A stretch of 64,000 bases of DNA, taken from positions 128,001 to 192,000 of the forward strand of contig OZ219872.1 of NCBI GenBank assembly GCA_964291495.2, read 5' to 3'. A model generated the notes under the pieces. The model searched no databases. It was not told the origin of the DNA and worked only from the letters and a program-made list of their open reading frames with translations. Every line of letters begins with the position of its first letter. The first letter of the stretch is position 1. This document shows positions 1-11,900 of this stretch, piece by piece. Position numbers and translations under genes: made by a program. Source of the stretch: Dehalococcoidia bacterium (GTDB lineage: Bacteria > Chloroflexota > Dehalococcoidia > UBA2979).

Positions 1-66
1 CCGGCCGTAGGCCCTTCCCCCCACGCCCCCGCTGCTGCTCTCCCCGGAAGGTCATCGCCGATCCGG

Positions 67-100
67 CCCCCTCTCCTGGGGGAGAGGGTGGGGGTGAGGG
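67..100 (-). repeat. REP-like palindromic element, single copy
   Basis: ccctctcctgggggagagggtgggggtgaggg is the reverse orientation of the CCCTCACCC..CCCTCTCCC..GGGAGAGGG unit repeated at 41131-41326; lies downstream of fabV. Confidence 0.7.
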
Positions 101-257
101 GGCTCGCCAGCGCTACTCCCGGCTCGATGGGTTGTTGCGCCCTCGAGGGTACGTGCCCAGCGGCCGTCGGAATGAGCGGGCGCTGCGCGCCGCTCTGGCC
201 GACCCACCCGCCCTCGGAGCTCTTTCCGTGCGCGCTGCGGTGACGCGACAACCGGCC

Positions 258-1451
258 TCACACCAGCAGGCGGTGCACCTCGGTCGGCGCGTCGTAGTCG
301 ATGCCCTCGAGGCCGAAGCCGAAGAGCTGCTGGAAGTAGCGCTGCCAACCGGCGTAGTCGCTCAACTCGCCGAGCGTGTCCGTGTCGATGGCGGCCATGC
401 GCCTCGCGACCTCGGACTGCACGTCGGGCGTCATCTCCAGGTCGTCGAGCCGGATGCGGCCCTCCTCGTCGGTGCCGGGCGTGACGCCGGGACCGAGGTG
501 GTCGCGCATCATGCGCGCGATCTGCTCGATCGGGCCCTCGTGCGTGCCCTGCTCCTTCATCACGGCGAAGAGCACGCTCATATAGAGCGCGACGCCGGGG
601 ATCGCCGCCGAGGCCTGCGTGACGATGCCCTTGTTGATGCTGACCCAGACCCCGCCGCCGCCTGGCTCAAGCTGCGCGTGCAGCCCGCGCGCGGTCGCCT
701 CGAGGTCTTCCTTGGCGCGCCCGATCGTGCCCGCGCGGTAGATCGCGTGGGTCGCCTCGGGGCCGACGTAGCTGTAGGCGACGCTGCGGCAGTTGTCGGC
801 GAGCAGGCCCTCGGCGCCGAGCCAGCGCAGCCACTCGGCCCAGTCCTCGCCGCCCATCACCTTGACCGTCGCCGCGATCTCCTCCTCGTCCGCCGCCTCG
901 ATCGTCGCCTCGGTCACGCGGTTGCGGCGCAGGTCGATGCTCTTGCCGGTCCAGTCCCGGCCGATTGGCTTGAGCGTGCTGCGCCAGACCTCGTCCGTGT
1001 CGGCGTCGCGGCGCAGCGGCGCGGCGAGGCTGTAGACCAGCAGCTCGACCTGCCCGCGCATCGCGCGCAGCTCCGCGGCGACCTGCTCCTTGGCCTCGCT
1101 GGAGAAGGCGTCGGCGTTGACGGTGCGCAGCGTGCGCCCCTCGGCGGCGGCGATGCGGTGCGCCTCGGCGAGGTTGTACCAGCCGGCGCTGCCGGGCTTG
1201 TCCTCCTCCGAGGGCCGTTCGAGGCAGACGCCGACGGAGGGTGCGCCGTAGCCGAAGCAGGCGGAGAGCAGGCTGGCGAGTCCGTAGCCGGTGCTGGAGC
1301 CGATGACGAGGGCAGGCCCGAGGCTCGGAGCGCCCTCGGCGGAGGCCTTCGCCACCTCGATCTGTCCGCGCACGTTGGCGGCGCAGCCCTCGGGATGGGC
1401 GGTCAGCGAGATGAAGCCGCGGATGCGCGGCGCGACGACCTGCTCTGACAT
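258..1451 (-). CDS. fabV: Enoyl-ACP / trans-2-enoyl-CoA reductase FabV
   Basis: PRIRGFISLTAHPEGC, LVIGSSTGYGLAS, YSLAAP, TVKVMGGEDW, YSYVGP, TQASAAIP motifs; ATG at 1451 preceded by GGAGG. Confidence 0.93.
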   Translation of the reverse strand: MSEQVVAPRIRGFISLTAHPEGCAANVRGQIEVAKASAEGAPSLGPALVIGSSTGYGLASLLSACFGYGAPSVGVCLERPSEEDKPGSAGWYNLAEAHRIAAAEGRTLRTVNADAFSSEAKEQVAAELRAMRGQVELLVYSLAAPLRRDADTDEVWRSTLKPIGRDWTGKSIDLRRNRVTEATIEAADEEEIAATVKVMGGEDWAEWLRWLGAEGLLADNCRSVAYSYVGPEATHAIYRAGTIGRAKEDLEATARGLHAQLEPGGGGVWVSINKGIVTQASAAIPGVALYMSVLFAVMKEQGTHEGPIEQIARMMRDHLGPGVTPGTDEEGRIRLDDLEMTPDVQSEVARRMAAIDTDTLGELSDYAGWQRYFQQLFGFGLEGIDYDAPTEVHRLLV

Positions 1452-1525
1452 GGCGGCGACCTCCCGGCGCGCCCGTATCGTACGTGCGCGCTCCGGGGCG
1501 GGCGAGGCGGGGGGAGGTGCCGGCA

Positions 1526-1816
1526 CTACTCGAACGCCAGCTCCGGCCCGATCCGCGAGCAGTCGCGGCGCGTGTAGTCCTTGGCGTGCGAGTGAGGAAC
1601 CGTACCGTCGAGCGTAACGATCTCGTGGAGCGTGCCGATGTGCCGGTTGTTGGCGGTCATGAGCTTGATGATCCGTGAGGTGCCGCCGGTGTAGTCCGGG
1701 TTTGTCGCCGGGGTCTCGTGTACGATGACAGAGCGCAGAAGACCGCCAGCGCGTTTGGCAGCCATGCCGTTGTCTGCCCACTCGCGCTCGAACTCGTCGT
1801 GCGGGAGCCGGAGCAT
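1526..1816 (-). CDS. Hypothetical protein (96 aa)
   Basis: ATG start, globular-like composition, no recognised motif. Confidence 0.5.
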   Translation of the reverse strand: MLRLPHDEFEREWADNGMAAKRAGGLLRSVIVHETPATNPDYTGGTSRIIKLMTANNRHIGTLHEIVTLDGTVPHSHAKDYTRRDCSRIGPELAFE

Positions 1817-1840
1817 GGGCGACGCGACTCCGATTCAAGT

Positions 1841-2093
1841 CATGTCCGAGGACAGCGTGCGCACGGCGCTGCGCGATGCGCTCGGCAGTGCCGCGCCTGT
1901 TCGCGCGGTCTGTGACTTCGTGTCCGAGGTGGACTGGTCAGGGATGGAAGATGCGTCCGCTGCCGTAGTAGGCCTCCTCGGTGAGCTCGAGCAACTGACG
2001 ACGGACGTGAACGAAGGCTCTGTTCCTCCGCGCACCTTCCTCGACCGCGTCGACCGCCTCACGCTCGCGCCCGGCGCGAGGGTCGCACCCTAG
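1841..2093 (+). CDS. Hypothetical helical protein
   Basis: MSEDSVRTALRDAL... with normal codon usage; start uncertain (1815 or 1841). Confidence 0.45.
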
Positions 2094-2129
2094 CACCTCG
2101 TTCCGGGTGACCACTGCCCGCGACGGGCA

Positions 2130-2342
2130 TCAACCGCTCGCAGAGTCGGCTGTGCCGCCGGAGGCCAGCGGGCCACGAGTGCGCACGCTCTGCATCAGGG
2201 ATTCGTTCGACGACTCCGAGGCGATGCGCTCCAGGTGGCCGAGCAGGTACTCCTCAAGAGACTGACCGCGGGCCCGGGCGCGGGACTCCAGTTTCTCATG
2301 TAGTTCGTCGGAGACATCGTCTATGGTGATTGTGACCAGCAT
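2130..2342 (-). CDS. FitA-like ribbon-helix-helix antitoxin, no adjacent toxin
   Basis: TITIDDVSDELHEKLESRARARGQSLEEYL pattern. Confidence 0.7.
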   Translation of the reverse strand: MLVTITIDDVSDELHEKLESRARARGQSLEEYLLGHLERIASESSNESLMQSVRTRGPLASGGTADSASG

Positions 2343-2400
2343 GGCAGCATCATGCTAGCGCCGCATCTTGTCCTCAAGGCAGGGTTCGTCAGAGCTGCGC

Positions 2401-4212
<1,812 letters not shown>

Positions 4213-4334
4213 GCGATCATCGTAGCCGCGTGACGCCCGCAGGCGCACGCGACCCCGGATCCACGGCGGGCGCCGGACGTGAACGAGGGCGGGTCTCCCC
4301 GCCCTCGTTGACTGCGATTTCGCGCCTGCTTGGG

Positions 4335-5351
4335 CTAGACGCGGTGGCAGGCCACCCAGTGGTCCCGCTCGATCTCGCGCCACTCGGGAATCCGCTCGCG
4401 GCACTCGTCGACCACGATCGGGCAGCGCGTGTTGAACACGCAACCGGGCGGCGGCCGCACCGGCGATGGCACATCGCCGACGAGGATGATCCGCTCGCGC
4501 GAGCGCTCGATCTCCGGGTCGGTGATCGGCACGGCGGAGAGCAGCGCCTTCGTGTACGGGTGCAGCGGGTTCTCGTAGAGCTCGTTCGAGTCCGCGAGTT
4601 CCATGATGCGCCCGAGGTACATCACCGCGACGCGGTCGGAAATGTGCCGCACCACCGCGAGGTCGTGCGCGATGAACAGGTAGGTGAGGTTGAACTCGTT
4701 CTGCAGGTCTTCAAGCAGATTGATGATCTGCGCCTGAATCGAGACGTCGAGGGCGGAGACCGGCTCGTCGAGGACGATGAACTCCGGCTCGACTGCGAGC
4801 GCGCGGGCGACGCCGATGCGCTGGCGCTGGCCTCCGGAGAACTCGTGCGGGTAGCGCTTCGCGAAGTAGGGGTTGAGGCCCACCTCTTCCAGCAGGTACT
4901 CGACGCGGTCCTGGCGCTCCTTCCCCTTGTAGAGGCCGTGGATGACCATCGGCTCGGAGATGATGCTGGCCACGCTCATGCGCGGGTTCAGCGACGAGTA
5001 GGGATCCTGGAAGATCATCTGCATGCGACGGCGGAAGGCGCGCAGCGAGCGGCCCTTCACGTCGTTGAGGACGGTGCCGTCGAAGGTGATCGTCCCCTCG
5101 GTCGGGCGGTAGAGCTGGAGGATCGCCCGCCCGGTCGTCGACTTCCCGCAGCCGGACTCGCCGACGAGTCCGAGCGTCTCGCCCTCGCGGACGAAGAACG
5201 AGATGCCGTCGACGGCCTTGACGTCGGCGATCTTGCGCTGGAAGAGGATCCCGGAGGTCACCGGGAAGTACATCTTCAGTGCGTCTACCTCGACGAGGGC
5301 CTTGGCGTGGCCGTTCCCCGTTTCCGCCATCGTGGCGGCGTCTGTGGTCAT
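4335..5351 (-). CDS. oppF: Oligopeptide/dipeptide ABC transporter ATP-binding protein (OppF-like)
   Basis: [38 protein letters not shown]-terminal ACH. Confidence 0.9.
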   Translation of the reverse strand: MTTDAATMAETGNGHAKALVEVDALKMYFPVTSGILFQRKIADVKAVDGISFFVREGETLGLVGESGCGKSTTGRAILQLYRPTEGTITFDGTVLNDVKGRSLRAFRRRMQMIFQDPYSSLNPRMSVASIISEPMVIHGLYKGKERQDRVEYLLEEVGLNPYFAKRYPHEFSGGQRQRIGVARALAVEPEFIVLDEPVSALDVSIQAQIINLLEDLQNEFNLTYLFIAHDLAVVRHISDRVAVMYLGRIMELADSNELYENPLHPYTKALLSAVPITDPEIERSRERIILVGDVPSPVRPPPGCVFNTRCPIVVDECRERIPEWREIERDHWVACHRV

Positions 5352-5378
5352 GAGCGTCTTCCCGTCCGGCCTGCGGGC

Positions 5379-6392
5379 CTAGCTGATGTCCGCGGTCGCG
5401 GTGCTGCGCGTGCGTTCGTCGGTCTGCGGGTCACGCCAACAAGCCGACCAGTGTCGCTCCTGCTTGAGTTCGAGCGGCGGGTGATCCGTCACGCACTTGT
5501 CGATCGCCCAGTCGCAGCGCGGCTCGAAGGGGCAACCCGGAATCGGGTCGATCAGCAGCGGCGGCTGGCCCTCGATCGCGTCGAGGCGGATGTGCTCGGT
5601 CTCGTCGAGGCGAGGCACCGAGTTCATCAGGCCCACGGTGTAGGGGTGGCGCGGGTCCTTGAAGATATCCATCGTCGAGCCGGACTCGACGATCTTCCCC
5701 GCGTACATCACGTTCACCCGGTCGGCGTAGCGCGAGACGACGCCGAGGTTGTGCGTGATGATCACCACGGCCGTGCCGAGGTCCTTCGAGAGCTGCGCCA
5801 TCAGCTCCAGGATCTGCGCCTGGATGGTGACGTCGAGCGCCGTGGTCGGCTCGTCCGCCAGCAGCAGCTTTGGGTTGCAGGACAGCGCCATCGCGATCAT
5901 CACGCGTTGGCGCATGCCACCCGAGAACTGGTGCGGGTAGTCGTCGAGGCGGTTCGATGCCTCCGGGATGCCGACCAGCTCGAGCAACTCGACGGCGCGG
6001 GCCCGCGAGTCGGACTTCTCCAGTCCGAGGTGCAGCGTGATCGCCTCGGTCAGCTGGTTGCCGATCGTGAGGACCGGATTCAGCGAGGTCATCGGCTCCT
6101 GGAAGATCATGGCGATGCGGTTGCCGCGGATATGGCGCATCTCCGCGTCCGTGACCTCGAGGAGGTCCTCGCCCTCGAACAGGATCTCGCCGTCGACGAT
6201 GCGCCCCGGCGGGCGCGGGATCAGCCTCAGGATGGAGAGCGCGGAGACGGACTTGCCGCAGCCGGACTCACCGACGAGCCCGAGCGTCTCGCCCTCCTCG
6301 AGGTCCCATGAGACCCCGTCGACCGCGCGAACGACGCCTTCTTCGGTATAGAAGTACGTCCGCAGATTGTTGATCTCGAGCAGCTTCGCCAA
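5379..6392 (-). CDS. oppD: Oligopeptide/dipeptide ABC transporter ATP-binding protein (OppD-like)
   Basis: [35 protein letters not shown]; TTG start with SD. Confidence 0.9.
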   Translation of the reverse strand: MAKLLEINNLRTYFYTEEGVVRAVDGVSWDLEEGETLGLVGESGCGKSVSALSILRLIPRPPGRIVDGEILFEGEDLLEVTDAEMRHIRGNRIAMIFQEPMTSLNPVLTIGNQLTEAITLHLGLEKSDSRARAVELLELVGIPEASNRLDDYPHQFSGGMRQRVMIAMALSCNPKLLLADEPTTALDVTIQAQILELMAQLSKDLGTAVVIITHNLGVVSRYADRVNVMYAGKIVESGSTMDIFKDPRHPYTVGLMNSVPRLDETEHIRLDAIEGQPPLLIDPIPGCPFEPRCDWAIDKCVTDHPPLELKQERHWSACWRDPQTDERTRSTATADIS

Positions 6393-6438
6393 AGTTCCCC
6401 TCCGTTCGGAGAAGTGGAACCCGCCCGGCGGGCTCCGT

Positions 6439-6523
6439 TGGTGGGGAAGAGGAGACTCGAACTCCTACGCCTCGCGGCACATGATCCTAAATCATGCTCG
6501 TCTACCAGTTCCGACACTTCCCC
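6439..6523 (-). tRNA. tRNA-Leu(TAG)
   Basis: Acceptor GGGGAAG/CTTCCCC, anticodon arm CATGA-TTTAGGA-TCATG, long variable arm, GTTCGAG, encoded CCA. Confidence 0.96.
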
Positions 6524-6694
6524 GTAGACGCTGTCCCCTGAGCTCGTCTCCCCACCGCCTGACGGCGCGCGATTATAGACCATCCGCGCCGCCGCTGTCG
6601 GCTTACGCGCCGCGGCCCCGAGGACGCGACGCCTCACTATAGCCCTTAAACGCTCCTCTTGGCGTTGCGCATTGTGGCAAAGCCGTGGGAAGTC

Positions 6695-6769
6695 TGGTGA
6701 GCCCCCAGGGATTCGAACCCTGAACCGGCTGATTAAGAGTCAGCTGCTCTGCCATTGAGCTAGAGGCCC
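6695..6769 (-). tRNA. tRNA-Lys(CTT)
   Basis: GGGCCTCTAGCTCAATGGCAGAGC...CTGA-CTCTTAA-TCAG...GGTTCGAATCC...CCA. Confidence 0.96.
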
Positions 6770-6822
6770 ACTCCAGAATACAGGAACTCGCGCCAGCCGC
6801 ATCCGGGTGTGGCGGCGCGGCG

Positions 6823-6852
6823 TTGACGCCTCGCGAGCGCCGGGGCTAGGCT
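6823..6852 (+). promoter_or_regulatory. Sigma70-type promoter of tRNA-Val
   Basis: TTGACG-N18-TAGGCT ending 24 bp upstream of the tRNA. Confidence 0.6.
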
Positions 6853-6876
6853 CGATTTCCGGCTTCCGGCCGGCGT

Positions 6877-6953
6877 GGGCGGTTAGCTCAGATGGCTAGA
6901 GCGCAGCGTTGACATCGCTGAGGTCACTGGTTCGAATCCAGTATCGCCCACCA
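6877..6953 (+). tRNA. tRNA-Val(GAC)
   Basis: GGGCGGTTAGCTCAG...CAGCG-TTGACAT-CGCTG...GGTTCGAATCC...CGCCCACCA. Confidence 0.96.
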
Positions 6954-6964
6954 GACTTGACGGT

Positions 6965-7294
6965 AAGATCGTCGCGGGCGAGGAGGACGCAGGCTCGGTC
7001 GAGTCGGTCTTCGAGCAGGCGCGGCAGGTCGCGGCGGAGGCCGAGGCGCTGCTGGTCGACGAGGGCTGGCGCACGCCCGAGCCCGAGCCGGTCGCCGCCG
7101 GGGCGGCAGCGGAGCCGGTGGCGGACCCCGTGGACTCGGAGCCGCAGCGGACGCTGTTCTCGTGGGCGGAGTTCATGGCCGGGGAGCCGGACGATCCGCC
7201 GCGCAAGCGCCGGGACGAGGCTCCGACGCTCTCCCTCTTCGAGTGGGCGCTCGAACGGGAGCAGGAAGGGGTGCTGGCCGAAGCCGCCGGATAG
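6965..7294 (+). pseudogene. Headless 3' fragment of a mobile-element gene
   Basis: Open frame KIVAGEEDAGSVESVFEQARQ...QRTLFSWAEFM...SLFEWALEREQE* begins at the attL arm with no start codon or SD; followed by a hairpin. Confidence 0.6.
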
Positions 7295-7307
7295 GGATCG
7301 GGAGGGA

Positions 7308-7333
7308 GGGGCCGTCGCCTGTGCGGCGGCCCC
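7308..7333 (+). terminator. GC-rich hairpin
   Basis: ggggccgtcgc-ctgt-gcggcggcccc just after the stop at 7294. Confidence 0.55.
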
Positions 7334-7685
7334 CTCTCGTCCCCCAGTGTGCGGCCTTTCGTGCGTTAGAGGCCGGTCAGCCCCTCGCCCGCTTCCCCGC
7401 CTGCTGCGCGCTCCCCCGCCTCCTGCGCGCTCCCCCGGCGCGCAGGCAGCTCCCGCACTTGACCAGCCCGCTCAGCAGGTAGCAGCGGGGGTGGGTGAGC
7501 GCTCGGCTCCTCGAGTGTCGCCACACGGTTCCGTTACCGAGATCCGTACTACCGTTCCCGATGCGTTATCATCCGGGTGTTCTTCATTACCAGAACGTCA
7601 CTGATGACTTCCTTCGGGTGTGGAATCAACGCCCGCGTGGGAATACCGCCGGGCATGGTCGCGACCGAAGTCGCAGGAGGTGGAC

Positions 7686-8762
7686 GTGAGCAAGACCGAG
7701 AGGCTCGGTTTCCCGACACTGCTGGCGCTATCGGTCATCGCCCTGGCCCTTGTTGCCTGTGGGGGCAGCGAGGAGGCCCCCGTCGACACGGGTACCGAGG
7801 ACACACCCACGCCGACGGTCCCAAGCGCTACATCAAGCGCCGCTTCGCCCACACCGACGGCCTCCGGCACAGCGAGCGCCGCCTCGCCCACGCCGACGGC
7901 CTCCGGCGCATCGAGCGCCGCCTCGCCCACGCCGACGGTCTCCAGCACAGCGAGCGCCGCCTCGCCCACACCGACGCCGCCGGATGCAGGCGCGGTTGCG
8001 GACCTGGAGCTGACGATCGATGGCGATACCTCCTGGCAGGAGGTGTTCGACACACTCACGGCGACCGAGCAGTCGTGCATCCGCGCCGAGCTCGGTGACG
8101 AGACGGAGAGGCTATTGGCGCGATCCATCTTCAGTGGCGGCCCCATTACCGATGAGGAAGCGGCGCTGTTCACGTGCCTCGCGCCCCAAACGGCGCGGGC
8201 TCTCTTTCTCGGCATCACGATCGGGGGCATGGAAGAGGGAGGCGTCGAGGTTGGTGAAGAGGAATGGGCTTGCCTGCAGGGGTGGGTGGGCGGCCTCGAC
8301 GTTGTCGCCCTCTTCGTTTCCGAGTCCATGGACCGTGAGTTCGAGGCCGTCCTCCCCGACTACGTGCACTGCCTGCCGGCATTGTTCCTCGAGTTCGCCA
8401 TCCAGGGGGTCGGCGGTGTGGACTCCGGGGACGTCCGCGAGGACGAACTCGCCTGCCTGCGGGAGTGGGCCCTGGGAGTGGACAGGCGCGCGCTCGTCGC
8501 CGGTCTGCTCGCCGAGGACCCTGACGTGGTGAGCCTGTTCCTTGTCCAGACCTCCAGGGGCCTCCTCGACTGCGCGCCCCGACTCCTGGTCTCGCGCATC
8601 GCCGAGGACCTGGGGGAGGAGGTGGAGTCCGATGCGGTGGTGGTCGACTGCCTCCGTGAGCTGTTGGCCGACCCCGACGTGTTCGAGTGGATCGAGGACG
8701 ACTCCCTGGATGAACGGCTGTCCGCCTGCGTGCTCGGGCCTCCTCCGTCGCCTACCGAGTAG
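7686..8762 (+). CDS. Lipoprotein with Ser/Thr/Pro linker and Cys-containing helical repeats
   Basis: AGGAGG + GTG; lipobox ALVA-C-GG; ASAASPTPT repeats; periodic SCIR/TCL/ACL/HCL/DCA/DCL. Confidence 0.8.
   Translation: MSKTERLGFPTLLALSVIALALVACGGSEEAPVDTGTEDTPTPTVPSATSSAASPTPTASGTASAASPTPTASGASSAASPTPTVSSTASAASPTPTPPDAGAVADLELTIDGDTSWQEVFDTLTATEQSCIRAELGDETERLLARSIFSGGPITDEEAALFTCLAPQTARALFLGITIGGMEEGGVEVGEEEWACLQGWVGGLDVVALFVSESMDREFEAVLPDYVHCLPALFLEFAIQGVGGVDSGDVREDELACLREWALGVDRRALVAGLLAEDPDVVSLFLVQTSRGLLDCAPRLLVSRIAEDLGEEVESDAVVVDCLRELLADPDVFEWIEDDSLDERLSACVLGPPPSPTE
7806..7976 (+). repeat. 39-bp intragenic tandem repeat (~4.4 copies)
   Basis: agcgccgc(c/t)tcgcccac(a/g)ccgacg units at 7836, 7875, 7914, 7953. 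Confidence 0.9.
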
Positions 8763-8910
8763 TTGCGCGCAACGTGAACCGGTGCTCGGAGGTCCGGATG
8801 GGGGCCGCGACGGCTGGAAGAGGTTTGATGCAGCCGCGCAGCGTTGCCAGTTGAGATTCAGTTGCGTCGCTCCGTCGCTCACGTCAACCCGAACCTCGGG
8901 GACCGCTGCC

Positions 8911-11900
8911 TCAGTTGCCGTCGCCGCCCGCGGCGACGAGGGGCGTTCCGGGCGGGAGGCCGTGCGGGAAGAGCTTGCTGAAGGGCTCGTTGACGAAGTC
9001 CGGCGCCCCAGGGAAGTACGAGACGTACGCGCCGTCCACGAGCGCGTACAGCGCGGCGATGCCGAGGCTGCGCGCGCAGGCATCCAGTGCCTCGACGCTC
9101 CCGCCCTCGTGGACGACCAGGCTGAAGCGGGGGCCGACCTCCCCGCGCAGGCACTCCGGCGCGGGCTCGGCGTCCTCCGCCCCGGCGCCGGCGAACCACA
9201 CGCGGTAGACCGCCGTGCGCGTGCCGTCGTCCGAGGTCACCGTGACGGTCACCGGTGCGTTCGGCCGGAGCATCGCCTGGTGGCCGTTCGCGGGGTCGCC
9301 GTCGGCATCGGCGGGCGCGATCACGACGGTGGCGCTGGCCTGCGAGGGCACGGCCTCGACCGTCGCCTGCGTGAGGCCCGCGGCCGCCACACCCGCGTAC
9401 TCGGTGCGGCCGGGCGAGAAGGCCCCGAAGGAGACGCCGTCCAGCGCCAGGGAGGAGAGGCCCGTGGCGAGGGCCTCCGGCTCGCCGCCCTTCACTACCA
9501 GTGGCGTGCTTGCGGGCAGACCCTCGGCAAACAGCTCGCGGAAGGGGCGGTTCACGAACTCGGGCGCGCCGACGTGGTAGGACACCCACTCGCCCTCATG
9601 CAGCGCGTAGAGCGCCGTCACGCCGCGTTCCGCACTGCAGGTTGCCAGGTCGTCGACGCTGCCCCCTCGCGCGAGCACGAGGCTGAAGCCACCGGCCACG
9701 ACGGGGCCGCGCAAGCACTCCGCCGGCCGCCCGTCGAGGCCCGCGTGCGGTGGGACGGGCTCTTCGGGGCCCGCGAGCGCCACGCGATAGACGCGCGTGC
9801 GGCTGCCGTCGGGCGAGGTGACGGTGACGGTGATCTCCCGGACCCCCGCCAGTGTGACCTGGTAGCCCTCGCTGCTGTCGCCGTCGGCGTCGGGGGGCTC
9901 GATGACGACGGTGGCTTCGGCCTGCGCGGGCACGGCTTCGACCGTCGTCTCCTCCACGCCCGTCCCGGCGCCGCCCTCGTACCCCAGGCGCCGCGGCGAG
10001 AACTCGCCGAACTCGATGCCGGCGAGCGTGAGCGAGGACAGGCGCGCGTCGATGGCGTCGGGCATGTTGTAGCTGTAGACGCGGCCGTCGTTGGCGTCGG
10101 CGACGTACATCACCTCGCCGTCCGACCAGAGGCCGCGCGGACTGAGGTTGCTCGCGCCGGTGAGCTCCGTGAATTCCTCGTCGCGCACGCGCTGGAGCGG
10201 CTGTGCCTCCTCGGCGGCGCTCGCCGCGTCCGGGGCGGGCAGCCGGTAGGCGAAGAGCCGCTTGGCGCTGTGGTCCGAGACCCAGGCGGTGAAGCCGTCC
10301 GACCAGATCCCGCGAGGGTCGCTGTTGGCCGGGTCGAGGGCATGGACGCCGAGCAGCTGGCCGCTCACCGGGTGGTAGGCGTAGAGGGAGGGGTTGCGGT
10401 TGAGCACGAACATCGTCGCGCCGTCTGTCCAGATGCCGCGCGGGTCGCGGTTGCCCCGGTCAAGCTGGATGTCGCGGTCCTCGAGGCGCTCGCCGCTCTC
10501 CCGGTCGTAGGCGAAGAGCCGGTCGCGGCCACTGTCGGCGACCCAGAGGACGCCGCCGGCGCCGGCAACGCCTCTGGGCGCGCCGTTGCGCGCGTCGAGC
10601 TCGAACTCGCGCTCCGCGAGGCGCTCGCCGCTCGCCAGGTCGTAGGCGTAGACGGCGTCGCCCGACCCGTCCGGGTTGTTCGCGAGCCAGAGCGTCGTCC
10701 CGTCGGACCAGGCGCCGGTGGGCAGGTTGTGCTCCGCGTCCAGCTCCTCGATGTCACGCTTCACGTTCCACTCGAAGTCAGCCTTGCTGGGCGTGGGGCC
10801 GGACGGCCCGCCGCCGCCACCACCCCCGAATCCGCCCGGCACGAACACAACCGGCGGGGGCGCGGCGCCATCGACGAGAGTGACGGACACGGATCCGATG
10901 AAGCCTTCGTCGTGATAAGCGTCGATGTCGATGCGCTCGTCGCCGTCGTCCACGCCGTCGTAGCGGGTCCGGAAGGTCGCCCGCGCCGCCTGCGCGCCCC
11001 GCCGCAGCGTGAGGAAGCAGGATGAGCCCGCGCACCCGCCCGGGCGCAGGTAGTCGTCCCCTGTCGTGGCCGTGCCGCCGAGCCTCAGCTCGATCTCCTG
11101 GGCGTCGGGGAATGTCACGCCGCCGGTGTCGACGGTCACCACGAGGGTCTGCCCCTCCGTCAGCTGCTCGGCGGACGCGGTCACGGTGAAGTTGGCGGCG
11201 TCGTCATCGGCGACGGCGACCGTGGCGTGGTTCGTCGGGGTCGTCAGGTAGGTGGGCGGGTTGGCCGAGCTGCCGATCAGGTACACCGCCACCTGGCCGC
11301 CCGCCGCCCGCACGACCGTGTCGTCGCGCGTCGGCAGGCTCAGTGACGCCGTCGCGCTGCCGGCGGCGAACGACGCGGTGGAGGGCGCGCTGGCGCTGAG
11401 ACTCGCCCCCGTGGCGACCACCCGCACGGAGACCGTCAGCGCGGCGGTGGTGGCGTCGGTGCGTTGCAGCGTGAACGACGCCGCCTCGCCTTCGGTGACG
11501 CCGCTGCCCGCGCTGATGGTCACGTCCGGCAGGTTCGCGACGTCGCTCGGCGGAATCGTGACCGTGCGGCTGCCGAAGGGCGCGTTCGCGACCGTGCGGC
11601 CACCGACGAACGTGTTCGCGAGGGCGAGCGTGGCCCTGATCGTGACGGTCTCGTCGGTAGGCTCGGCGGCGCTGTCGTCCGTCGCCCGGATCGTGAAGCT
11701 CGTCGATGATCCTCCGGCGGCGAGGGTCACGGAGTAGGGCGAGGACAGCGTCGAACCGCCCGCTTCCAGCGTGAAGTCGGTCCCGGCCGTGGCGCTGCCG
11801 CTGACCGCGAGGTTGATGGTCGCGGCCTCGGCGAAGGTGACGCCGTTGGTGATCTCGAGGGTGAAGGTGGCGCTCCCTCCCTCCGCCAGCTCGCCCTCGA

